Below, in pieces: positions 19,135 through 28,315 of a stretch of DNA of 64,000 nt (position 1 is the stretch's first letter; each line of letters begins with the position of its first letter). A program made the translations under genes and the position numbers. This DNA comes from an uncultured Methanosarcinaceae archaeon (GTDB lineage: Archaea; Halobacteriota; Methanosarcinia; Methanosarcinales; Methanosarcinaceae): assembly GCA_963847185.1 (NCBI GenBank), contig CAWJYV010000008.1, positions 832,001 through 896,000 on the forward strand, written 5' to 3'. Under the pieces are notes generated by a model. That model was not told where the DNA came from. It saw only the letters and a program-made list of their open reading frames with translations, and did no database searches.

Positions 19135-19353
19135 GTTCCGCCGTAATAATTACTGTATTCTATTTCTTCAGTATATATTACTCCAGGCATATATTAATCC
19201 ATTTTGTCATCTCATCCGTTAAAAACTAAAATACCTTAAACTACATACAGGAATGGTACAATACATTTCTTGTTATTGCTATAAGTTATTGGAAGGCAGG
19301 ACCAGAGTCCCCTAAAATCCAAATATCGTTTATATGTTCCAGGGATGGTATAA

Positions 19354-20295
19354 ATGCTTAAAACACGCCTGAGAGATTTTCTTGTCACGAAAGATGACTG
19401 GCTTTTTGCGGTTTCCGATTATTTCCGTAATGACGGGATCCGGGCTACACTTCGATATGTCCCGGATGAAAACGGAGAAAGGGAATTGAATGGAAAGCGG
19501 TATAAAAAATATGATTTCGGCCCGGCTTTCGAATTCATGAGGAAGCAAAGGCCTGAATGGGTAAAGGATGTTCATGTAGTTCCCGAATCCGAGGTAAAGA
19601 AGGTGCTTCGTCCCTCTGACGTGATTCCCGAACTCATAAATTCCGACAATCGCATAAGGGCAATTGTAAAAGTACTTGATATGGCCGGAGTTCCCAGGAC
19701 AAGTATGGGAGTTACGGGTTCAATACTTGCAGGCCTGCAAAATGAAAGCTCTGATATCGATTTCGTTGTCTATGGTCCTATGTGGTTCAGGGCAAGAGAT
19801 GCCATAACAGTTGCAAAACAGCAGGAAGGTCCTATAGATGAGATCGATGAAGAGATGTGGCAGAGAATCTACAGGAAAAGGATTCCTGAGATTTCTTTTG
19901 ACGAATTCATGCTGCATGAATCCAGAAAAGGGAATCGTGGCATGGTAGAGGGCACTTATTTTGACCTTCTTTTTGTAAGGGAATGGGATCAGATAAAAGA
20001 GCCTCTTCTACGTGGAAAGGACACAATAAAATTGAAGATCGAAGCTGAGGTTAAAAACGCTGATTTTGCTTTTGACAGCCCTGCTTATTACAAAGTCGAA
20101 CACGATGAGATCGATCACGTTCTCTCCTACACACATACCTATGCAGGCCAGGCTCTTCCCGGAGAGATCATAGAAGCATCCGGTGTCGTCGAAGAGGTAG
20201 GAGATATGAAGAGGCTTGTCGTAGGTACTTCAAGAGAGCCGAAAGGAGAATGGATAAGGTCCCTTACGTGGCTTGAGCAGTGCGGATATATTTGA
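19354..20295 (+). CDS. Predicted Pol-beta-superfamily nucleotidyltransferase (archaeal, uncharacterised)
   Basis: GVTGSILAG...SDIDFVVYG motif, FDLLF third Asp, C-terminal OB-like region. Confidence 0.8.
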   Translation: MLKTRLRDFLVTKDDWLFAVSDYFRNDGIRATLRYVPDENGERELNGKRYKKYDFGPAFEFMRKQRPEWVKDVHVVPESEVKKVLRPSDVIPELINSDNRIRAIVKVLDMAGVPRTSMGVTGSILAGLQNESSDIDFVVYGPMWFRARDAITVAKQQEGPIDEIDEEMWQRIYRKRIPEISFDEFMLHESRKGNRGMVEGTYFDLLFVREWDQIKEPLLRGKDTIKLKIEAEVKNADFAFDSPAYYKVEHDEIDHVLSYTHTYAGQALPGEIIEASGVVEEVGDMKRLVVGTSREPKGEWIRSLTWLEQCGYI

Positions 20296-20363
20296 GAGTA
20301 AAAAGGAAAAAGAAAAGGAAAAGGAAAAGGAAAATTGAAGGAGCCCAAATTTCTTTTCTTTGG

Positions 20364-21872
20364 TTATTTCCTTCTCTTCCTCTTGATTACTTCCCTTTTC
20401 CTCAATACTGCATAAGAAATTATTAGCTCGGCAACAGAAAATATGGCTCCAGGGCCCGGAATATCTCTTTCTTCTCGCTCTTCTTTTTCAAGATTTGAGT
20501 CCGTATTTGTCTGTTTTTCTCCTTCTGGCTGGTTGCTCCCACTCAGTGCCTGATTTCCTTCATTTTCGGTTTGAAGAGTTTCAATAGCGCTAATACTTTT
20601 TTCCGTGCTTGAGATTGCAAAGGGAGAAAATCCAGGGGTTTCTGCGGTAAAGTTAATGTAATCTTCATCTTCTCCGTTCCGGACTGTAGGCAATACGTTC
20701 CATGTATCCTGACTATACCTGTAAAGAATTATCGAACTCTCATTGATGCCGTTTTCCGAGATCCAGGCTTTACTGACTCTGAAGTTTATCCTGGCATTTT
20801 CCAGGTTTTCGGAGCTTGAGAAACCGCTGTTTCCAATCCAGATATTTATGTTTTTGTAGACTGCTCCTGGGGCAGATTCCTCGACTATTGAGGATTTATT
20901 CTTGAGTATCTCTATAATTGCTGTTGTTTTTCCAAAGCTCTTCTTAGGATCAAACTCTACGCTGACTATGTCATTTTTCCCGCCTTTAAAAGTATAGCAG
21001 GTGTGAGTTCCTTTGAAGACCTGTTCATTTGAAATCTCCTTGAGCTCTATATTCTTGCTTGATTCCGGAGAACCTGCACCTCCCCCTCCTCCGCTTCCTC
21101 CTCCGCTCCCGCCTGAGCTAGAGGTTTCACTTTTCACAATTATATATCCGGCCTTTGTTTCGGTGTCGTTTCCGTAAGTATTATTAGTTGCCCTGAGAGT
21201 AACAGTATAGGTGCCTGCATTTTCATATGTGTGGACAGGGTTCCTTTCGTTTGAGTCAATGCTGCCGTTTCCGTCAAAGTCCCATTCCCGGGAATTCGGG
21301 TTGCCTGTGGATAAGTCTGTAAACTGGACGGTCAGGGGTGGAGCGCCTGAGGCAGGACTTGCAGAAAACATAGCCTCTGGGGGTGGATAAGTTACTATAA
21401 CCTCCGAGGATCCGTTTACAGGGGCTGCAGAGATCGAATAAGCCGAAGTCGTACCTGAGATTTTGTAGCTGCCCGGCTCAGGGTAGGGCGGTACTGTCAC
21501 CTGATATATAACAGTCCTTTCTCCGCCAGCCGAAAGGTTCTCAACCCAGATCCACTCCGAACTTGACTGTTTAAAAGTGTCAATATCCTTAAAGATAGCT
21601 CCACTGTTCTCAATCTGGCTTACCTGCCATCCATCCGGAAGATTTTCATCGAGTGTCAGGGCTTCAATTTGCTGGTCTGTCTTAATATGTAAGGTAACTG
21701 TAAAACTTCCTCCTGCATAAACCGTTCCGGCAGAAATTTCTCTACTTGCATCGATTCCTGCAGCTGAAGCAGGGAGTATTATTCCGGAAAGCAGAAATAT
21801 AAGAGCAAAACCTGCAATGAAGCCTGAGAGCTTTATCCATTTTTTAGTCCTGATGATTTCGAGGATATTCAT
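20364..21872 (-). CDS. Cell-surface protein with PKD and PGF-pre-PGF domains
   Basis: Signal peptide; PKD (PLTVQFTDLS...WDFDG...NPVHTY...GTYTVTL); Gly/Ser linker; AETPGFSPFAI; C-terminal hydrophobic plus basic tail. Confidence 0.88.
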   Translation of the reverse strand: MNILEIIRTKKWIKLSGFIAGFALIFLLSGIILPASAAGIDASREISAGTVYAGGSFTVTLHIKTDQQIEALTLDENLPDGWQVSQIENSGAIFKDIDTFKQSSSEWIWVENLSAGGERTVIYQVTVPPYPEPGSYKISGTTSAYSISAAPVNGSSEVIVTYPPPEAMFSASPASGAPPLTVQFTDLSTGNPNSREWDFDGNGSIDSNERNPVHTYENAGTYTVTLRATNNTYGNDTETKAGYIIVKSETSSSGGSGGGSGGGGGAGSPESSKNIELKEISNEQVFKGTHTCYTFKGGKNDIVSVEFDPKKSFGKTTAIIEILKNKSSIVEESAPGAVYKNINIWIGNSGFSSSENLENARINFRVSKAWISENGINESSIILYRYSQDTWNVLPTVRNGEDEDYINFTAETPGFSPFAISSTEKSISAIETLQTENEGNQALSGSNQPEGEKQTNTDSNLEKEEREERDIPGPGAIFSVAELIISYAVLRKREVIKRKRRK

Positions 21873-22108
21873 AAAAAAGTCCTTGGCATTTTTTGGTATA
21901 AATATACTTATGAAACTTATGAAACTTATAAATTATGTTTAGGCATATATTATTATAAATATATGCCTCATAATTTATTCTAAAATCCGTGTGTTATTTT
22001 ATCCTCAGTTTCTATTGCTCTCGATAAATTTGAAGGTACAAATGATAACTTCAACTGTATCCGCAGTCAAAGTCACATATAAATAAGACAGTTGCCTAAT
22101 TTTCTGAT

Positions 22109-23608
22109 ATGAAAATAAAGAAAAGTTACATCTGGCTTATACTGGCATTCACCTGCATTGCGACCGCAACTGCAGTTTTCCAGTATTCTGATTCTAAGGA
22201 AATAGCATCTCATAAAGATCATTACGCAACTACAGCTAACGGGATAGAATTCAGCTCAAGTATGGCAACTAAAGTGCAGTCCTCAAATCCACTTAAATTA
22301 CTTAAGGCAGAAGCTGCAGGAATGAGCATGGATACTGAGGTTACTGTTTACAATGATGATCTCGCCCTCGTAAAAGAAAAGAGGGAACTTGACCTCAAAT
22401 CTGGGGTCAACAGCGTTGAATACACAGATGTTGCTGCTCTAATTGACCCGACTTCGGTCATGTTCGAGGACACAAAGAACAAGGATACTGCTGTGCTGGA
22501 ACAGAACTATGAATATGATCTTGTGAGCAGTCAGGAGCTTCTAGAGAAATTCCTGGACAAAGAGATTACTGTAACCGAAAAAGAAGGGAATTCATATACA
22601 GGCACTCTAATGAGCTATGAAGACGAGATAGTACTCAAGTTGAGCGACGGAAAAGTTGTAACTATTTCCGAAGTTTCAAGAATTGAATTTCCTGACTCGG
22701 CAGATCTGCTTACCAAACCTACTCTGATCTGGCAGATCTATTCTCCTGCTGCAGGCAAGAGGAATGTCCTCACTTCTTATCTTACGAGTGGAATGAGCTG
22801 GAAAGCAAACTATATCGTAAAAACCAGTGCAGATGATAAGAAGGCCGATATCCAAGGCTGGGTTACTGTCGATAACAGCGCAGGAACAACTTATGAAGAT
22901 GCCAAACTGAAACTGGTTGCGGGTGAAGTCCACCGCGTAGCTGTACCCCAAATAATGTATAAGGGAGAGATGGCTACAGCTGAGGAATCCGTGTCTGACG
23001 AGGCAGAAAGCGGTTTTGTTGAAGAATCGCTCTTTGAGTATCACCTTTATACTCTTGAAAAGCCGACTACTCTGAAAAATAACCAGGTCAAGCAGCTTTC
23101 TCTACTTTCTGTAGATTCCGTGCCTGTTGAAAAGGAACTCGTTTTTGATGTCTCAGAAAGTAGCGATATCCAGGTTGTCCTTACCCTCAATAACACAAAA
23201 GAAAAAGGGCTTGGAATGCCCCTCCCTGCCGGTGTTCTAAGAGTATACAAAGCAGATTCTGACGGCCAGCTTCAGTTCCTCGGAGAAGATAACATAGATC
23301 ATACTCCAAAAGATGAAGAAGTGGATGTTGTTGTCGGAAGCGCTTTTGATATAACAGGCACGAGAACCCAGACTAGTTACGATAGAGTAAGCACCAATAC
23401 CTGGAAGGAGAGTTATGAAATTGAGCTCAAGAACCACAAATCCGAAGCTCAGAAAGTAAAGATCGTAGAACATATCTACGGTGAATGGAAGATCACCAAC
23501 AGCTCAGATAAATATGAGAAAAAAGATGCTTCAACTGCCGAGTGGGAAATAACCGTACCTGCCGACAGCTCAAAGAAAGTCACCTACACTGTGGAGCGCA
23601 GTTACTAA
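22109..23608 (+). CDS. Secreted DUF4139-family protein
   Basis: Signal peptide; VTVYNDDLALVKE, SYLTSGMSWKANY, GMPLPAGVLRVY, GEDNIDHTPK. Confidence 0.8.
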   Translation: MKIKKSYIWLILAFTCIATATAVFQYSDSKEIASHKDHYATTANGIEFSSSMATKVQSSNPLKLLKAEAAGMSMDTEVTVYNDDLALVKEKRELDLKSGVNSVEYTDVAALIDPTSVMFEDTKNKDTAVLEQNYEYDLVSSQELLEKFLDKEITVTEKEGNSYTGTLMSYEDEIVLKLSDGKVVTISEVSRIEFPDSADLLTKPTLIWQIYSPAAGKRNVLTSYLTSGMSWKANYIVKTSADDKKADIQGWVTVDNSAGTTYEDAKLKLVAGEVHRVAVPQIMYKGEMATAEESVSDEAESGFVEESLFEYHLYTLEKPTTLKNNQVKQLSLLSVDSVPVEKELVFDVSESSDIQVVLTLNNTKEKGLGMPLPAGVLRVYKADSDGQLQFLGEDNIDHTPKDEEVDVVVGSAFDITGTRTQTSYDRVSTNTWKESYEIELKNHKSEAQKVKIVEHIYGEWKITNSSDKYEKKDASTAEWEITVPADSSKKVTYTVERSY

Positions 23609-23700
23609 AATCTGAGCCAATAGCAATTTGTTAGGTTAGATCTGGGTCTTTGTAGTTCCAGATCCCAAAAAATCCAAATAAATCCAAATAAACCTCTATT

Positions 23701-23776
23701 ACCACAGAAAGCGTGGAAGAAACGGAAAATTGTACCCCTTTTTCTTTCTTCCGTGTTTTTCCATGCTTTCTATGGT
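23701..23776. repeat. Long imperfect inverted repeat (~27 bp arms)
   Basis: ACCACAGAAAGCGTGGAAGAAACGGAA ... TTCCGTGTTTTTCCATGCTTTCTATGGT. Confidence 0.75.
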
Positions 23777-23869
23777 TCCAACTAACTTAAGACTCTACTC
23801 TCAGGGATGGATTGTTCTTTTCATACTCATGAGGCTCAATTATGGAAAATTTCTAATCCCATAAACTTC

Positions 23870-24005
23870 GTCTGCTTGAGCGCAGCGAATAAAACGGACT
23901 GCGTACTCCCGAGGCGCAATTCGGGCAAGTGAAACGGACTGCGTACTCCCGAGGCGCAATTCGGGCGAGTGAAACGGACTGCGTACTCCCGAGACGCAAT
24001 TCGGG
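23870..24005 (+). repeat. Hairpin repeat element, locus B: head plus 3 tandem 40 bp units
   Basis: Head GTCTGCTTGAGCGCAGCGA; unit core AAACGGACTGCGTACTCCCGAGGCGCAATTCGGG x3 with 40 bp period. Confidence 0.93.
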
Positions 24006-24048
24006 TGCATCAAAAAATATTATTACTATTCCCCCAATTAACATTCGG

Positions 24049-24993
24049 ATGATTATTGGTGTATTGGGGCCTGAAGGCTCATATTCGGAAAAGGCTGCAA
24101 ATATGTGGGCTCTGGAATACGGCATAAGTAGCTCAGAACTTCGATATTTTGCAGACATAGAAGACGCATTTCTGGCGGCAGTCCAGGGAAAATCAGATGT
24201 CTCTATAATTCCGGTAGAAAATTCTATTGAAGGATCTGTGGGTGTCACTCTTGATCTTCTTCTTGAGAACGATGCCGTGATAATTGCGGAGATAGTTGTC
24301 AAAATCGAGCACTGTCTGCTTTCAAAGGGAGGGCCTGAGAAAGTGAAGGTTATTCTCTCTCATCCCCAGGGGCTTGCCCAGTGCAGGCATTTCGTGAAGA
24401 AACATTTCCCTGAAGCTGAATTAAGGAGCACGGGCAGTACATCGCATGCAGCTAGGCTTGCAGGTGAGTTTGAAGAGATGGCCGCAATAGCTTCACCTGA
24501 GGCCGCAGAACGCTATAATCTGAAAATCCTTCTCTCAAACATCCAGGACCGGAAAGAAAACTACACACGTTTCATTGTTTTGAAAGCCCGGGAAAAAGCT
24601 TCAAATGAACAGATTTCATGTGTTCCGGAAGCTAAAAAAGAGCCTTACTCAGGATCGGAATTCAGGCCTGAATCCAGGTCCGAACATAAAACCGGATATG
24701 AATCAGGGTTTGAAAAGTGCAGCTTTTCACCCTTCAAAACGTCCCTTATAGTATATCTGGAGAAAGACAGGCCTGGAGCGTTATACGCAATTCTCGGCGC
24801 TTTTGCGAAAAGGAACATTAATCTTACAAAGATAGAGTCCAGGCCTTCTAAAAAAGAACTTGGGGATTATTACTTCTATATCGATTTTGAAGGACACACC
24901 AGCGATGCACTTATAAAAGATGCCTTAGAGGATATAAATGTCAAAGCTGATACTCTAAAAGTGCTGGGTTCTTATCCTGCGTTCAGAAAGTAA
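24049..24993 (+). CDS. pheA: Prephenate dehydratase with C-terminal ACT domain
   Basis: LGPEGSYSE, PVENSIEGSV, SHPQGLAQC, NYTRF, NLTKIESRP; start reset to ATG 24049 because the track's N-extension is translated repeat DNA. Confidence 0.93.
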   Translation: MIIGVLGPEGSYSEKAANMWALEYGISSSELRYFADIEDAFLAAVQGKSDVSIIPVENSIEGSVGVTLDLLLENDAVIIAEIVVKIEHCLLSKGGPEKVKVILSHPQGLAQCRHFVKKHFPEAELRSTGSTSHAARLAGEFEEMAAIASPEAAERYNLKILLSNIQDRKENYTRFIVLKAREKASNEQISCVPEAKKEPYSGSEFRPESRSEHKTGYESGFEKCSFSPFKTSLIVYLEKDRPGALYAILGAFAKRNINLTKIESRPSKKELGDYYFYIDFEGHTSDALIKDALEDINVKADTLKVLGSYPAFRK

Positions 24994-25234
24994 AATTCTC
25001 GTAATCTTGGAAAAGACAGTAATAAAATTTCTGGCAGGCGTAAAGTTTCAAATTTAGAGGCAAAAATTCCCTAGATATATGCAAGGCTGTAGAATGTATG
25101 CTCTGGGAACGTGTACATTTATATACTATATTTCTATAGTATCTTTCTACAATCTTTCTACAGTATCTTTGTATGTTTTGTGCAGTATTTGTATTATGAT
25201 AATGCCGGATTCTCCGGTTGCAGAAGGGAGCGAG

Positions 25235-26134
25235 ATGGCTCTGGAGATTGAAAATATAGTAAATAAACACGAATCGGCTCTAAAAACGTATAGAGGACTC
25301 TATATCTTTGCAGATTCGCTTGTAACTTTTCTGGTTCTTTATGTCCTTTTCGTGCTCTTCAATATGAGAGATTTATTTCTAATGTTCAGTACTTTTGAGC
25401 CCTATACCGGCGCAAAATACAATATCCTGGGTTTCGGAATCGTCTTTGAAACTTTAGGGCTCATTTTTCTGGCTACTGCTTTTTCCCTTATCTTCACAGT
25501 AATCAGGCATTACAGTGCTAAAAAGAAAGATGCCATTGCCCTCCTGGAAGAACAATATCCTGAGCTTAAAGAAAGGCTAAGGACTGCCTATGATAACCGC
25601 AATACGGACAACATTATCGTTCGGGATCTGATAGGCGGCGTTATAATTGATTCAAAGTCTTTGAAGTCCTCATCGTTTCTTGACAGGAAAAAGCTTGCTA
25701 AGGACCTCTGTATAATTGTATTTGTGGGTTCCCTTCTCGCATACGTTGCCGGAACCGGGTATCAGACAACTATCAGTCCAACAGATCTTAATGAAGTGAT
25801 TGAAAAGGTTCCTTTGATCTCGGATTCAAATAAAGATCTCTACCCTGTAGAAGAAAATGGTGGGACATCAAATACGAGTAAGAGCCAGGAACAAGAACTC
25901 TTTGGAAATCCTGCTGTTATTATAGTGGAAGGAACCGAAGTTAATCTGACAATTCCTCCAGGATCCGGGCAGGGTTTTACAAGCCAGGAAGAAGGGGAGC
26001 AGATGAATGGGTCATTTACTCAATCGGACATCGTAAATCCTGAGGCGGTTGCTTCTCAGAGCTATTATGAAAGTCTACCGGAAGGATACAGGAACGTTAT
26101 TCGGAGTTATTTTGAAGGACTTGCAGAAGAATGA
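25235..26134 (+). CDS. Membrane protein of unknown function associated with MoxR cluster
   Basis: Three hydrophobic segments, P.L.ERLRTAYD motif, acidic C-terminus ending P..YR.VIR.YF..L; start reset to ATG after GGGAG. Confidence 0.75.
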   Translation: MALEIENIVNKHESALKTYRGLYIFADSLVTFLVLYVLFVLFNMRDLFLMFSTFEPYTGAKYNILGFGIVFETLGLIFLATAFSLIFTVIRHYSAKKKDAIALLEEQYPELKERLRTAYDNRNTDNIIVRDLIGGVIIDSKSLKSSSFLDRKKLAKDLCIIVFVGSLLAYVAGTGYQTTISPTDLNEVIEKVPLISDSNKDLYPVEENGGTSNTSKSQEQELFGNPAVIIVEGTEVNLTIPPGSGQGFTSQEEGEQMNGSFTQSDIVNPEAVASQSYYESLPEGYRNVIRSYFEGLAEE

Positions 26135-26324
26135 CTTGCAGGAAAAAATGTGAATAATTTATCTAAAATTGACTTACCTGTACTCATTTCAATCAACTTG
26201 TCTGCAAGCAATTTTTGAATAACAGGTGTGTTCTGGATGGTTCACAGGTGCAGGAGCAGGTAATGTTCAGTAAGAAGCGGGCTTTCAGTCCTGCAAAAAC
26301 AGCAAATTAACGGGTGAAGTAAAT

Positions 26325-27299
26325 ATGAGTGAAACTAATATCGATTCTGGGCAGGCTGCCACGACCTATCAGAATTCAGGCAGAATATTCAAAAGCTTCT
26401 TTGAAGAGATTGGGAAAGTCATAGTAGGTCAGAATAGTATAGTCGAACAGATCATGATTGCGATTCTCTGTGAAGGACATGCCCTTATGGAAAGTAACCC
26501 AGGGCTTGGAAAAACTCTCATGATTTCTACAGTCTCAAGGTCTATGAACCTGAAGTTCAGCAGGATTCAATGTACTCCTGACCTCATGCCTTCTGATATC
26601 ACAGGGACAAATGTTATTGAAGAAATAGATAACAAAAAAGCATTCAGGTTTTCCCCAGGGCCGGTTTTCGCAAATGTTGTCCTTGCGGATGAAATTAACA
26701 GGGCATCTCCAAAGACCCAGTCCGCTCTGCTGGAAGCTATGCAGGAGAAACAGGTTACAGTCGGAAACGATACCTTCCTGCTGGATCGTCCCTTCTTTAT
26801 TCTTGCCACCCAGAACCCCCTTGAAATGGAGGGTACATATCCTCTGCCCGAAGCCCAGCTAGACCGTTTTCTCTTGAAAATCCTTGTAGATTATCCTTCC
26901 TATGAAGAAGAAATGGAAATTATAAACCGATATACGAAATCCGAAACTCCTACGATTTCCAGGGGTCTGGATAAGTCTACACTTCTTGAATTACAAAAGC
27001 TCACCCGGCAGGTCCCTATTTCAGAGGAATTTAAACAGCGTGTCCTTTCTATCGTGAGCATGACAAGAAAAGATAAAGAGAATATCGAGTATGGGGCTTC
27101 CCCCCGTGCATCTATCGGCCTTATTCTTGCTGCAAAAGCCAGGGCTCTTATACAGGGAAGAAATTTCGTAAGTAAGGAAGATATTGATTACATGGCATAT
27201 CCTGTTCTTCGACACAGGCTTATCCTGACTTTCGAAGCCGAAAGAAGCGGGATAACTCCTGATCAGGTGATTGAGGGTATCATCACGAAAGTAAAGTAA
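26325..27299 (+). CDS. MoxR-family AAA+ ATPase
   Basis: PGLGKT, RIQCTPDLMPSDITG, LADEINRASPKTQSALLEAMQE, EGTYPLPEAQLDRF, GASPRA. Confidence 0.95.
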   Translation: MSETNIDSGQAATTYQNSGRIFKSFFEEIGKVIVGQNSIVEQIMIAILCEGHALMESNPGLGKTLMISTVSRSMNLKFSRIQCTPDLMPSDITGTNVIEEIDNKKAFRFSPGPVFANVVLADEINRASPKTQSALLEAMQEKQVTVGNDTFLLDRPFFILATQNPLEMEGTYPLPEAQLDRFLLKILVDYPSYEEEMEIINRYTKSETPTISRGLDKSTLLELQKLTRQVPISEEFKQRVLSIVSMTRKDKENIEYGASPRASIGLILAAKARALIQGRNFVSKEDIDYMAYPVLRHRLILTFEAERSGITPDQVIEGIITKVK

Positions 27300-27431
27300 A
27301 ACCTGAGATTATGTTTCTGGTCAGGTTCGGGAAGGAACTGTAGAACTAAACCTATAACCTCTAGATGGTTTTCCAGGTTCCGGATAAATCGGACTTCTGG
27401 ATAAACCGGGCTTTTTAATTTACGATCCAGA

Positions 27432-28313
27432 ATGACTCGCACAAAACAAAAAATCGAAACGGACTTTTTCAGGCAGCTTGACCGCTTTACGTTCTCAGTC
27501 CGAAAAAGAGTGTCAACGGTCTATGCCGGAAACCGTCCGTCTACCCGAAGCGGACACGGCATTGATACTATCGGGTTTAGAGAGTTTGACTCTAGCGACA
27601 GCTTAAAAGATATCGACTGGAAAGCCTATGCAAGGACTGAAAAACTCTATGTGCGGCAGTTCGAGGAAGAAAAGACTCTTACCACCCATATCCTTCTGGA
27701 TGCCAGCAAAAGTATGGACTACCCTGAAAAAGGAACTTCAAAATTCGAGTATGCTGCCATGCTTGCCGCAGGCTATGCTTACATGGTAACAAAATATAAT
27801 GATCAGTTTGCCATTTCAACGTTCACTCAGGACGTTGATGTATACAAGCCCAGCAGGGGTCGAAAAAATCTTATGCGGGCAATCGATAGGTTAACAGAAC
27901 TTGAGCTGTCCGGCGGGACTTCAATTGGAGAGGCCGTTATAAAATACAGCCCGGAAATCAAGTCCAGGTCTCTTGTAATCCTCATCTCGGATTTCCTTCA
28001 GGATCCCGAGGAAATAGAAACAGCAGTTTCCAGGCTGTCCAATCATGATCTCATTTTGATTCAGGTGCTTGACCTTACGGAAAAAGTCCTCCCTCTTCAG
28101 GGAAACAGCAAGCTTGTAGACCTTGAGACAGGGGAAGAAATCAGGACTTATGTCAGTGAAAAGTTCAAAGAACGCTACCTTGAAAAGCTTGATGACCACA
28201 GTGCAAAGATTAAAAAAGCCTGCTTAAAGGTAGGGGCCGAGTTCTATACCTTTACAACCGACACTCCCATTTTTGATGCTTTCTACAATACGATCAGGAG
28301 ACGGAGGCGCTAA
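27432..28313 (+). CDS. DUF58 vWA-domain protein
   Basis: IDWKAYART..LYVRQFEEE, MIDAS-like DASKSM, ISDF. Confidence 0.9.
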   Translation: MTRTKQKIETDFFRQLDRFTFSVRKRVSTVYAGNRPSTRSGHGIDTIGFREFDSSDSLKDIDWKAYARTEKLYVRQFEEEKTLTTHILLDASKSMDYPEKGTSKFEYAAMLAAGYAYMVTKYNDQFAISTFTQDVDVYKPSRGRKNLMRAIDRLTELELSGGTSIGEAVIKYSPEIKSRSLVILISDFLQDPEEIETAVSRLSNHDLILIQVLDLTEKVLPLQGNSKLVDLETGEEIRTYVSEKFKERYLEKLDDHSAKIKKACLKVGAEFYTFTTDTPIFDAFYNTIRRRRR

Positions 28314-28315
28314 AT

